Of a stretch of DNA of 64,000 bases, positions 29,616 through 37,435 are shown one piece after another. The stretch comes from Paenibacillus beijingensis (GTDB lineage: Bacteria; Bacillota; Bacilli; Paenibacillales; Paenibacillaceae): positions 3,478,492 to 3,542,491 of the forward strand of contig NZ_CP011058.1 in the NCBI RefSeq assembly GCF_000961095.1, read 5' to 3'. Position numbers and translations under genes: made by a program. The notes under the pieces are model-generated. The model worked only from the letters and a program-made list of their open reading frames with translations. It was not told the DNA's origin and did no database searches. The stretch's first letter is position 1. Each line of letters opens with the position of its first letter.

Positions 29616-30794
29616 GTGATGAATTTTTTGCTGGATATGAAAACCGTTTTCGTATTGCTTATGATTGGACATCTGTTTACCGTCATTTTGATCAGCGCTT
29701 ACCGGCGTCAGCATGCGAAAGACAGCACCGTGAACACTTTTTTCGGGGCAAAATTAGCTCAAGCGCTGGCATGGCTGCTCGTCGCGCTGCGCGGCCAAAT
29801 ACCCGACTATCTCTCCGTCTCTGCAGGCAACACGCTTCTGTTTCTCGGGGAGGCGCTGGAAACGGCGGCGCTGCTGAAGCTGCAGGGAGCCTTCAATCAA
29901 AAGATCAAACGGATCTACATTATACTGTCCGCCGTCAATTTCGCGGCTTTTCATGCGGTGTTTCTGCTGTACAACGTCGAATACATACGAATTGCAGTCG
30001 CTTCGTTCGGCACGGCGGCTTACATTATTATACCTGTGTGGCTGATGATCCGGCGGCGGGATTCCTCATTGCTTAACGTTATGGTCGGGTATTTGTATCT
30101 GCTCGTTTTTATATCTCTCATTGGCAGAGGGATCTTAGCGCTTCGGCCGGGTTCCAGCATGGGGTTGTTCACGCCAGACCTGTTTCAGACATTGACGTTT
30201 GTGTCCATTTACCTCGTCATGATTTTGGGCAATACCGGTTTTGTGCTCTTGTCCAAGGAACAGGCAGATCGGGAACTGCTGCGGGTGGCCAGCTATGACG
30301 ATTTGACGGGCACGCTGAACCGCAGAACGTTCATTTTGCGTTCCAGGCAGTGCCTCGCCGATTATGCGCGAAAAAAAGCGCCGGTGTCGCTGCTGCTGTT
30401 TGACATCGATCATTTTAAAACGATTAACGATACATACGGTCACAGTGCCGGGGATATGGTGCTGGAGCTTTTGGCGAGCCGCATCCAGGAGCAGCTCGGC
30501 GCGGGCGATCTGTTCGGCCGGTACGGAGGCGATGAATTTGCGGTTCTGATGCCCGGCGCCGATGAAACGGCATCTGGCCGGACTGCCGAGCGGATCCGCG
30601 AGGTGGTAAGCTCCGTTACGCTGCCGGATATTCCATTAACGTTTACGATCAGCGGGGGGCTCGTCACCGTCGTCCCCGATCAGCGGACGCAGCTTGAGCT
30701 GCTGTATACGCTAACCGACAACGCGCTGTACAGCGTGAAAAAGAGCGGGCGAAACGGCGTGCAGCGCAGCCGGCTGCAGCTTGATTCCGGATGA
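29616..30794 (+). CDS. GGDEF-domain diguanylate cyclase with an N-terminal multi-TM sensor region
   Basis: Six to seven TM helices followed by a GGDEF domain (RYGGDEF). No inhibitory-site RxxD motif was checked. Confidence 0.8.
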   Translation: MMNFLLDMKTVFVLLMIGHLFTVILISAYRRQHAKDSTVNTFFGAKLAQALAWLLVALRGQIPDYLSVSAGNTLLFLGEALETAALLKLQGAFNQKIKRIYIILSAVNFAAFHAVFLLYNVEYIRIAVASFGTAAYIIIPVWLMIRRRDSSLLNVMVGYLYLLVFISLIGRGILALRPGSSMGLFTPDLFQTLTFVSIYLVMILGNTGFVLLSKEQADRELLRVASYDDLTGTLNRRTFILRSRQCLADYARKKAPVSLLLFDIDHFKTINDTYGHSAGDMVLELLASRIQEQLGAGDLFGRYGGDEFAVLMPGADETASGRTAERIREVVSSVTLPDIPLTFTISGGLVTVVPDQRTQLELLYTLTDNALYSVKKSGRNGVQRSRLQLDSG

Positions 30795-30800
30795 TGCCGC

Positions 30801-31187
30801 TTAATCATCAATGGCGGAAGGTCCCATCGTTGCCTGGCAGGCCAACCGGTAACCAGCCTTAACGTCGTCGGACAATAATTTGCGCTCGCGTTTATTGGCC
30901 TCAGTGAGCAAGCCGGCTCCGCTGATTAAGCGTATTTTGCATACGCCGCAGGAGCCTTTTCGGCATTTGTATTTGAGCGGAATACCGTTGTCCAAGCCTG
31001 ACTCTAATAGATTTTTCCCTGGAATAAAAGATACCTCATAAACATTTCCGTCCTGAATGAGGCGGATGCCCGATATTGCAGTTCTTGATACCGTCTTTGG
31101 AATCCCGGGGGGAGTCGACGTTTTATGTTGTTGATTGACAACAACCGAGCTTGGCACTAAAGAGCCGACCGTCAATTTTCGATTCAT
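30801..31187 (-). CDS. 2Fe-2S ferredoxin-domain protein with an N-terminal encapsulin targeting-peptide-like motif
   Basis: CRKGSCGVC...LACQA plant-type [2Fe-2S] ligand pattern. N-terminus MNRKLTVGSLVPS. RBS GGAGATG. Divergent from the cargo-encapsulin ORF. Confidence 0.7.
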   Translation of the reverse strand: MNRKLTVGSLVPSSVVVNQQHKTSTPPGIPKTVSRTAISGIRLIQDGNVYEVSFIPGKNLLESGLDNGIPLKYKCRKGSCGVCKIRLISGAGLLTEANKRERKLLSDDVKAGYRLACQATMGPSAIDD

Positions 31188-31219
31188 AATCGGCATCTCC
31201 TTTCCAAGTGACAACGAAG

Positions 31220-31228
31220 TGTTATAAA
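31220..31228 (+). promoter_or_regulatory. putative extended -10 promoter (TGtTATAAA) for the cargo-encapsulin ORF
   Basis: TG-n-TATAAA, with a weak TTTCCA -35 sixteen nt upstream. Confidence 0.3.
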
Positions 31229-31280
31229 ATGAATGAAACAAGTAAATACTAGTTCAATAGCGAGAAAGGGGGAGAAACGA

Positions 31281-32720
31281 TTGCAGCGAATCGCACAGTT
31301 AAGAGATATGTTTACCGTCACCAAAGAGAATATCCAATATTTTATGAACTTGATCAGTCCGATTATTGCAAACGCTGTCGATGAGCATCAACGGATGTAC
31401 TTTCATCACATTTTCGAAGAAGAAGAACAGCATTTGGAGCGTCTGGAACTATTTCTCCCTAAGTTGGCCGAGCTGGCTATCGTTTCTCCGAACGAAGCTG
31501 CCGAGCGCAAATTGATAGGTTTGCTGCAGGATATCAACCTGGAAACGTTCGGGCAGCATAATTTTCTGGAGCACCTTGAACTGATGCTATTCCACTTTAC
31601 ATCCGGCGAGACCAACCAGAAGCTGCACGGAATGATTGACCAAACGAAACGTGATTACCTTATTATAAAAGATATTTTGTTTCAATTGAATGAAGAATTT
31701 CTTCCGGAAGCCAATCGTGCCAAAGCATCCGATCATCATGACGTGCACAGCGCGGCTCATCAAAGCCCCGTTTCAGCCGATTTCAATTGGAAGAACGAAG
31801 CGCCGGCAAGAAAAGGATTAACGGTTGGCAGCTTGAAAGGAATGAAAAAAGAGCAATTTTTCCGGAGGGTTACGATGGCAAACAAAGTCGATATTTATCC
31901 CGACTCCCCGCTAAATGCGGCGCAATGGGAGCAAATGAATGAAACCATTATTGAGGCCGCCCGCAAACAATTGATCGGCAGACGGTTTATCGAAATCTAT
32001 GGTCCGATCGGAGAAGGCATCCAGTCGATCAATGTCGACATCTTCGACGAACTTCAGGGCGGGGGAATCGACGTTCACGGCAGTAAACTTGAACTTTCCG
32101 TCCCAAGCCGGAGAAGGAACTTGACCATACCGATGCTGTACAAAGATTTTACGCTGTATCGAAGAGATTTTGAATTGGCGAAAAGTCTTTCCATCCCGCT
32201 TGACTTAAGTCCGGCTGCCAATGCGGCAACGCAGTGCGCAAGACTTGAGGATGAGCTGATCTTCCAAGGCTCGGAAGAATTCGATCTTCCCGGGTTAATG
32301 AATGTTAAAGGCCGTCTGACCCACATTATCGAGAATTGGATGGAATCGGGAAAAGCGTTTGAAGATGTCGTAGAGGCAACCCGTAAATTACAGCAGGTGG
32401 GACAAACCGGGCCGTACGCGCTTGTGTTGTCGCCCGAATTATACGCATCGTTGCATCGTGTCCATCAAGGAACCAATGTTCTGGAGATCGAGCATGTGAA
32501 GGAGCTCGTAACCGACGGCGTATTCCAGTCTCCGTCGCTTAAAGGCCGATCCGGAGTGATGGTCAATACAGGGCGCCACAATTTTGACTTGGTCATCGCC
32601 GAGGATTTCGACAGCGCCTTCCTTGATTCGGAACATTTGAATTTTCTGTTCCGGGTTTATGAGACGATCGTGCTCCGCATCAAGCGGCCAATTGCGATTT
32701 GTACGTTTGAAGAAGCTTAA
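31281..32720 (+). CDS. IMEF/ferritin-like cargo domain fused in frame to a family-1 encapsulin shell protein (full-length product)
   Basis: The reading frame is continuous from ATG 31233 (the likely start is TTG 31281, RBS AAGGGGGAG) to TAA 32720. The N-terminal roughly 200 aa are helical and E/H-rich (EEEEQHLERLE, FLEHLE). They end in the targeting peptide GLTVGSLKG (31815..31841). The C-terminal 281 aa are a linocin-M18/encapsulin fold. Confidence 0.7.
   Translation: MQRIAQLRDMFTVTKENIQYFMNLISPIIANAVDEHQRMYFHHIFEEEEQHLERLELFLPKLAELAIVSPNEAAERKLIGLLQDINLETFGQHNFLEHLELMLFHFTSGETNQKLHGMIDQTKRDYLIIKDILFQLNEEFLPEANRAKASDHHDVHSAAHQSPVSADFNWKNEAPARKGLTVGSLKGMKKEQFFRRVTMANKVDIYPDSPLNAAQWEQMNETIIEAARKQLIGRRFIEIYGPIGEGIQSINVDIFDELQGGGIDVHGSKLELSVPSRRRNLTIPMLYKDFTLYRRDFELAKSLSIPLDLSPAANAATQCARLEDELIFQGSEEFDLPGLMNVKGRLTHIIENWMESGKAFEDVVEATRKLQQVGQTGPYALVLSPELYASLHRVHQGTNVLEIEHVKELVTDGVFQSPSLKGRSGVMVNTGRHNFDLVIAEDFDSAFLDSEHLNFLFRVYETIVLRIKRPIAICTFEEA
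31875..32720 (+). CDS. family-1 encapsulin nanocompartment shell protein (internal initiation product)
   Basis: GGAGGG at 31864..31869 lies 5 nt before ATG 31875. The 281 aa align along their whole length with T. maritima encapsulin (AAQWEQMNE...LIGRRFIEIYGPIG, EDELIFQG, GPYALVLSPELY, and the C-terminal ICTFEEA). Confidence 0.8.
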   Translation: MANKVDIYPDSPLNAAQWEQMNETIIEAARKQLIGRRFIEIYGPIGEGIQSINVDIFDELQGGGIDVHGSKLELSVPSRRRNLTIPMLYKDFTLYRRDFELAKSLSIPLDLSPAANAATQCARLEDELIFQGSEEFDLPGLMNVKGRLTHIIENWMESGKAFEDVVEATRKLQQVGQTGPYALVLSPELYASLHRVHQGTNVLEIEHVKELVTDGVFQSPSLKGRSGVMVNTGRHNFDLVIAEDFDSAFLDSEHLNFLFRVYETIVLRIKRPIAICTFEEA

Positions 32721-32726
32721 GTTTTG

Positions 32727-32765
32727 CATGCTCTCCTTTGTGGAGGGCATGCTTTTTATTTTTCT
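32727..32765 (+). terminator. rho-independent terminator after the encapsulin gene
   Basis: GCATGCTCTCC...GGAGGGCATGC followed by TTTTTATTTTT. Confidence 0.7.
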
Positions 32766-32833
32766 TGAATAATAACAGGAAGAAAATCATAAGTTAAGCA
32801 CTGAGATGAGAATTTTGGGAATGAGAATCATTC

Positions 32834-32863
32834 TTGACAAATGCGACCGCCTTATACTATGAT
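32834..32863 (+). promoter_or_regulatory. sigma-A-type promoter (TTGACA-N18-TATGAT)
   Basis: Consensus -35 and a near-consensus -10 upstream of the 32994 gene. Confidence 0.6.
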
Positions 32864-32871
32864 GGTCTCAA

Positions 32872-32890
32872 GATAATGAGAATCATTATC
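32872..32890 (+). promoter_or_regulatory. Fur box (GATAATGAGAATCATTATC)
   Basis: 18 of 19 positions match the classical Fur box GATAATGATAATCATTATC. It sits at about +1 of the promoter. A second half-site-like palindrome, AATGAGAATCATT at 32820..32832, overlaps the -35. Confidence 0.7.
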
Positions 32891-32993
32891 GCGAAGAAAC
32901 GATCAAACTGCTGCTGTATTTCTGTTGTTCTTGCTCTTCTTTGCTTGTTTCGTACTGGGATATTTGAACTTCAACAGGAATTAACTGCATAAG

Positions 32994-33479
32994 ATGGAGG
33001 CTATTATGATTACGTCAATTAATGGTTTGCAGGATATTCATACCGTGATACGAAATGAGCGAAAAGTCGGGGGAGCAGTAGAGGCAGAGCGAATCCGCTT
33101 ATGTTCTGGCGAAGAATATGCTTATCCTGTCATAACAAGCGTGGATACCGATGGAAAAACAATCTATTCGATCGGTTTTTTTACCAATGACGGAACACGA
33201 ATTATCGCAAATATAAGTGAGGTCGCCCAGATCTCCCAGCCGTCGCATAAATGGCTAAAGGATTTGGTCAATACAAATTATAAGTCGTTCAAGATCGGTC
33301 AGAAAGTAAACTATTTGCTTCGGCTTTGTGAACTGAACGAGGGAAGCGCAACTTCGATTTTTCGAGCGGAAGTGGAAAGAATCGTGGAAGATATCGGTGC
33401 AGATTCGATTGCGCATGTGAAAAATGCGCATCCAATCCTGCAGCATTCCGCCAAAATACTGCCGATGCGCATCGCCTAA
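32994..33479 (+). CDS. hypothetical protein (predicted Fur-regulated)
   Basis: 161 aa with no recognisable domain. Lies downstream of the Fur-box promoter. RBS GATGGAGG. Confidence 0.5.
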   Translation: MEAIMITSINGLQDIHTVIRNERKVGGAVEAERIRLCSGEEYAYPVITSVDTDGKTIYSIGFFTNDGTRIIANISEVAQISQPSHKWLKDLVNTNYKSFKIGQKVNYLLRLCELNEGSATSIFRAEVERIVEDIGADSIAHVKNAHPILQHSAKILPMRIA

Positions 33480-33583
33480 GAACTAAAATCGGGAGCAAGA
33501 TGCTGTCCCGTTTCATAAGCTTCAAAACAACGAACCGGTCAAAGGCTGATCTTGACCGGTTCGTTTGCTTGGAGAGTAGAAAT

Positions 33584-34276
33584 TCAGCCCGGGGTTTTCC
33601 GGCCGAACATGACAACGAAGTTGAAATATTTGTACATACAGTCCACATCCGCAAAACCGGCTTCCTTCAGCCAACTTAGCTGCTCGTCCAAAGGCGACAT
33701 TTTATCCAGCTTCGTCCGTTCATAGGCGGACAGGATCGCTTTTTCGGGCAGCCCGCTGCGTTCGACCTTTTGCTTCCAATCCTCCTTATAAAGCGTCTCC
33801 AGATACGGAGTGCTTCCGAGAACCTGGTCCGCATTAACCATTACCCCGTCGTCATTCAGGAGCGAGTAGATCTTCTTGTACAACGCCTTTTTTTCGATGT
33901 CCGTCAAATGATGAATGGAGAGGGACGAAATGACGATGTCGAAAGAACCGCTATAATCGTGCGTTGTGTAATCATCTGCGATGTAAGTCACATTTGGGCG
34001 ATCGTTAAAGCGTTTTTTAGCGACCTCCAGCATTTTCTCTGAAATATCGATAAGCGTCACATTGGCCTCAGGATATTTCTCCAGCAGAAAGGCTGAAAAA
34101 AGTCCCGTCCCGGCGCCGATATCCAATATGGTCGGCGAATCTTTCGCCGTCGCGGCCAGCGATACCGCAATGTTGTAAAAATCGTCGAAGCAAGGGATCA
34201 GTTTTTTTCGCTGAAAGTCGTAGTCAAGCGCAATTTCATCAAATCGGGCGATTACGTTATGCCGGCCGTTGTCCAT
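33584..34276 (-). CDS. class I SAM-dependent methyltransferase
   Basis: LDIGAGTGLFS motif I. RBS GGAGGAG. The track ORF is extended to 34312. Confidence 0.8.
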   Translation of the reverse strand: MDNGRHNVIARFDEIALDYDFQRKKLIPCFDDFYNIAVSLAATAKDSPTILDIGAGTGLFSAFLLEKYPEANVTLIDISEKMLEVAKKRFNDRPNVTYIADDYTTHDYSGSFDIVISSLSIHHLTDIEKKALYKKIYSLLNDDGVMVNADQVLGSTPYLETLYKEDWKQKVERSGLPEKAILSAYERTKLDKMSPLDEQLSWLKEAGFADVDCMYKYFNFVVMFGRKTPG

Positions 34277-34502
34277 GTTCAATCTCCTCCGCTTAAAGTA
34301 ATTTCCTTTCATTCCCTGTCATTATCATAACAAAAGGAATCGTTATTAAACAAATATATAATATTTATCTTATTTATAGTTTCTTTCTATAAATGGGATT
34401 TATTCGCTTGCGCATGCCGCAATGGTTTACTATAGTGACAGGACGGATGAAAACCGCCGACGCTGACTTGAGGTTTACATATATTTCAGGAGGACAACAG
34501 CA

Positions 34503-35219
34503 ATGTATCGTATCTTGATCGTAGAGGATGATGAGAAGATCGGCGCGCTGCTTCAAAGCTATATTTGCAAATACGGCTTCGAGGCGATCATCGCCAAACG
34601 GCTGAACAAGTTGAACGCGGAGTTTGAAGAAACGGCTCCGCATTTGGTGCTGATGGACATCAACCTGCCTTTTTTCGACGGCTTTTATTGGTGCCGCCAG
34701 TTTCGCGTCCGCTCGAATGCGCCCGTTATCTTTATTTCCGCGCGGGCGGGGGAGATGGATCAGGTGATGGCGATCGAAAACGGAGGCGACGATTATTTGA
34801 CGAAGCCGATTCATCTGGACCTGATGATCGCCAAAATCAAAAGCGCGCTTCGCCGCGCTTACGGCGAATATGCGTCGGCTTCGGCGGCCGGCAAAGCGGC
34901 CGGGCCGTCCTGCGGCGGCCTCCGTCTCGACAACGGGCGCAGCCATCTCGAGTGGTCGGACCGCCTTGTAGAGCTGACCCGCAACGAGCGGCTGCTGGCG
35001 GAATGTCTGCTGGAAGCGGAAGGTCGGATTGTTTCCCGCGAACGGCTGCTGGAAGCGCTCTGGGACGATGTTCAGTTCGTCGACGACAATACGCTGACGG
35101 TGAACGTGACCCGGCTGCGCAAAAAAATGGAGGAGCTCGGGCTTTCGGAAGCGCTCGAAACGGTGCGCGGACAAGGGTACCGGCTGCGGACGGAAACGTT
35201 GGCGGACAGGACGGTATGA
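34503..35219 (+). CDS. OmpR-family response regulator (BceR-like)
   Basis: Receiver domain (LMDINLP) plus a winged helix. Confidence 0.85.
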   Translation: MYRILIVEDDEKIGALLQSYICKYGFEAIIAKRLNKLNAEFEETAPHLVLMDINLPFFDGFYWCRQFRVRSNAPVIFISARAGEMDQVMAIENGGDDYLTKPIHLDLMIAKIKSALRRAYGEYASASAAGKAAGPSCGGLRLDNGRSHLEWSDRLVELTRNERLLAECLLEAEGRIVSRERLLEALWDDVQFVDDNTLTVNVTRLRKKMEELGLSEALETVRGQGYRLRTETLADRTV

Positions 35220-35478
35220 GGAGCGGATGGACGTATGTGCTGGACAGGCTTTTTTACATCGTCTCTTTTCTGGCTGCAATCGGAGTCGGGTGTCTCATCT
35301 GGATATTGGACCGAACCGCTGCGCGGACAAGGGTACCGGCTGCGGACGGAAACGTTGGCGGACAGGACGGTATGAGGAGCGGATGGACGTATGTGCTGGA
35401 CAGGCTTTTTTACATCGTCTCTTTTCTGGCTGCAATCGGAGTCGGGTGTCTCATCTGGATATTGGACCGAACCGCTGC
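35167..35478. repeat. perfect tandem duplication of 2 x 156 bp spanning the RR 3' end and HK 5' end
   Basis: Two identical 156-bp copies. Each contains the RR tail, the RR stop (in copy 1), the HK RBS and the first 36 HK codons. Confidence 0.85.
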
Positions 35479-36466
35479 GGGCAGCGGCTATTACGGGTGG
35501 ACACTGCTTTATTTTGTGCTGCTGTCCGTTTTTGCGCTCGTGCTTTTTCTGGCGGCGGATTACGCCCGCCACAAACGTTATTTGCGCCAGCTGCAGGCGG
35601 CGCTTGCGCAGGCGGGCGATCCGCAAGCTCTGCAGCAGCTGAACGCGGGCGTCACGCGTGAGCAGCGCGCCGTGCAGGAGTTGCTTGCCGCCCGCCATCT
35701 GGCCTATCACAATGCGCTGGATGCATACAAGAAACGACAGGAGTTTCACCATCATTTTATCCATCAATGGGTTCACCAGATGAAGACGCCTGTTTCGGTC
35801 ATCGATCTGATCGCGCAGCAGGAGAGCGGCGGCGGGCTGTCCGGAGCGGAAGCGAAGGCGTTGCTGCTGAGCGTCGGCGAAGAGGCGGAACGGCTCGCAC
35901 GAGGGCTGGAGCAAATGCTGAACACGGCCCGCCTGGACAAATTCGAGCTCGATCTGCATCCGAAGCGGCTAGCGCTGCACGAGGCGGCGCGCAGCTGCAT
36001 CAATACGCATAAGCGGCTTCTTATTCGCGGGAGCATTTTTCCGCAGGTGGAGGGCGAGGCTTGGGCGGAAACGGACGAGAAATGGCTGGCTTTCATTCTG
36101 AACCAGCTGATCGCGAACGCCATCAAATATTCCCGTCCGAAACCGGGCAGCAAGCGGCTGACAGTAAAAGTCGGGCACGCTCTGAACGGCGTCGCGACGG
36201 TGACCGTGCAGGATGAGGGCATCGGCATCCCGTCCCAAGACTTGCCGCGCGTGTTCGATCCGTTCTTTACGGGCGAGAACGGCCGCTCCAGCGAGGAGTC
36301 CACCGGGATGGGATTGTATCTTGTTCAGCAGGTGTGCCTGAAGCTCGGCCACCGGATCCGGATCGAATCGGCGGAGGGACGGGGAACGGCGGTGACCGTT
36401 GAAATAAGCGGCGGCGGAATTCACGGGATGGCGCGGGAGATGCAAACTTTTGCGGAAGAACGGTGA
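35372..36466 (+). CDS. sensor histidine kinase, intramembrane-sensing BceS-like
   Basis: Two TM helices with a minimal loop, an H-box-like QWVHQMKTP region, and an HATPase. ATG 35372 is in copy 2 of the duplication. An alternative start at ATG 35216 in copy 1 would add a 52-aa in-frame N-terminal repeat. Confidence 0.75.
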   Translation: MRSGWTYVLDRLFYIVSFLAAIGVGCLIWILDRTAAGSGYYGWTLLYFVLLSVFALVLFLAADYARHKRYLRQLQAALAQAGDPQALQQLNAGVTREQRAVQELLAARHLAYHNALDAYKKRQEFHHHFIHQWVHQMKTPVSVIDLIAQQESGGGLSGAEAKALLLSVGEEAERLARGLEQMLNTARLDKFELDLHPKRLALHEAARSCINTHKRLLIRGSIFPQVEGEAWAETDEKWLAFILNQLIANAIKYSRPKPGSKRLTVKVGHALNGVATVTVQDEGIGIPSQDLPRVFDPFFTGENGRSSEESTGMGLYLVQQVCLKLGHRIRIESAEGRGTAVTVEISGGGIHGMAREMQTFAEER

Positions 36467-36658
36467 ATGGTGAATGGGGAACGGAATGTCGGCGTAATTT
36501 TTCAAGGTTGCGCTTAAGGGTGTAAGGTACGGTGCTGTAAAGGTGACAACATTGTAAGGTTAGGGGCTCCGAATGAAAGGCAAATCGATGGGTAGAGGCT
36601 TCTATTCCGTTTATACTTGACATTAAGCTACTCCATTCGGAAAGGAAGTACCGCTCTT

Positions 36659-37435
36659 ATGAATGTTTTGAACGTACAAGGCGTCGGCAAAATTTACAGT
36701 ACGCAAGGGAATGTGAATTACAAAGCACTGGATGGAATCGATCTGCGGGTGGATGCGGGCGAATTCGTCGGGGTAATGGGACCGTCGGGAAGCGGCAAAA
36801 CGACGCTGCTCAATATGCTGGCTACAATCGATAAGCCGACAACCGGATCGATCGAAATTAACGGAGTGAACCCGTCCATGCTGGGGGAGAAAAAGCTGGC
36901 GCTGTTCCGGCGCCGCGAGCTCGGCTTCGTATTCCAGGATTTCAACCTGCTCGACACACTCAGCATAAAAGAAAATATTGTACTGCCGCTCGTGCTGGAC
37001 GGCCTTCCGCCGAAACGGATCGAAGAAGCGCTGGCGCCGTGCGCCGAGCTGCTTGGCATCACCGCCATTCTCGGCAAACGTCCCTATGAGGTGTCGGGCG
37101 GGCAGAAGCAGCGCGCGGCGATCGCCCGGGCCATCATTCACAAGCCGGCGCTGCTGCTGGCCGATGAGCTGACCGGCAATCTCGATTCCAAGGCGGCCAA
37201 GGATGTGATGGAATCACTCCAAGATATGAACGAAAAGTTTGGAGCGACGGTGCTAATGGTCACCCACGACCCGTTCTCGGCCAGCTACTGCCGGCGGATC
37301 GTGTTCATCAAGGACGGCCGTTTCTTCTCGGAGATTCGCCGCGGGACGAACCGGCAGACGTTTTTCCAGCAAATATTGGACGCGCTGAGCGTGTTGGGAG
37401 GGAATTTCGATGACGTTCCGTTCGCTCGCGCTTAG
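36659..37435 (+). CDS. ABC transporter ATP-binding protein (BceA/MacB-type)
   Basis: GPSGSGKTT Walker A and LSGGQKQR signature. RBS AAAGGAAG. Confidence 0.85.
   Translation: MNVLNVQGVGKIYSTQGNVNYKALDGIDLRVDAGEFVGVMGPSGSGKTTLLNMLATIDKPTTGSIEINGVNPSMLGEKKLALFRRRELGFVFQDFNLLDTLSIKENIVLPLVLDGLPPKRIEEALAPCAELLGITAILGKRPYEVSGGQKQRAAIARAIIHKPALLLADELTGNLDSKAAKDVMESLQDMNEKFGATVLMVTHDPFSASYCRRIVFIKDGRFFSEIRRGTNRQTFFQQILDALSVLGGNFDDVPFARA

Noticed and set aside
31233-31280. ATG 31233 as the cargo start
   Set aside because: It lies only 5 nt past the best -10 element and has no RBS. TTG 31281 (RBS AAGGGGGAG) or ATG 31308 are more credible. The frame is open from 31233, so this remains uncertain.
34688-36466. 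592-aa single ORF spanning RR and HK
   Set aside because: It runs in the kinase frame through the response-regulator gene. The RR is a separate gene in another frame ending at 35219. The real kinase starts at 35216 or 35372.
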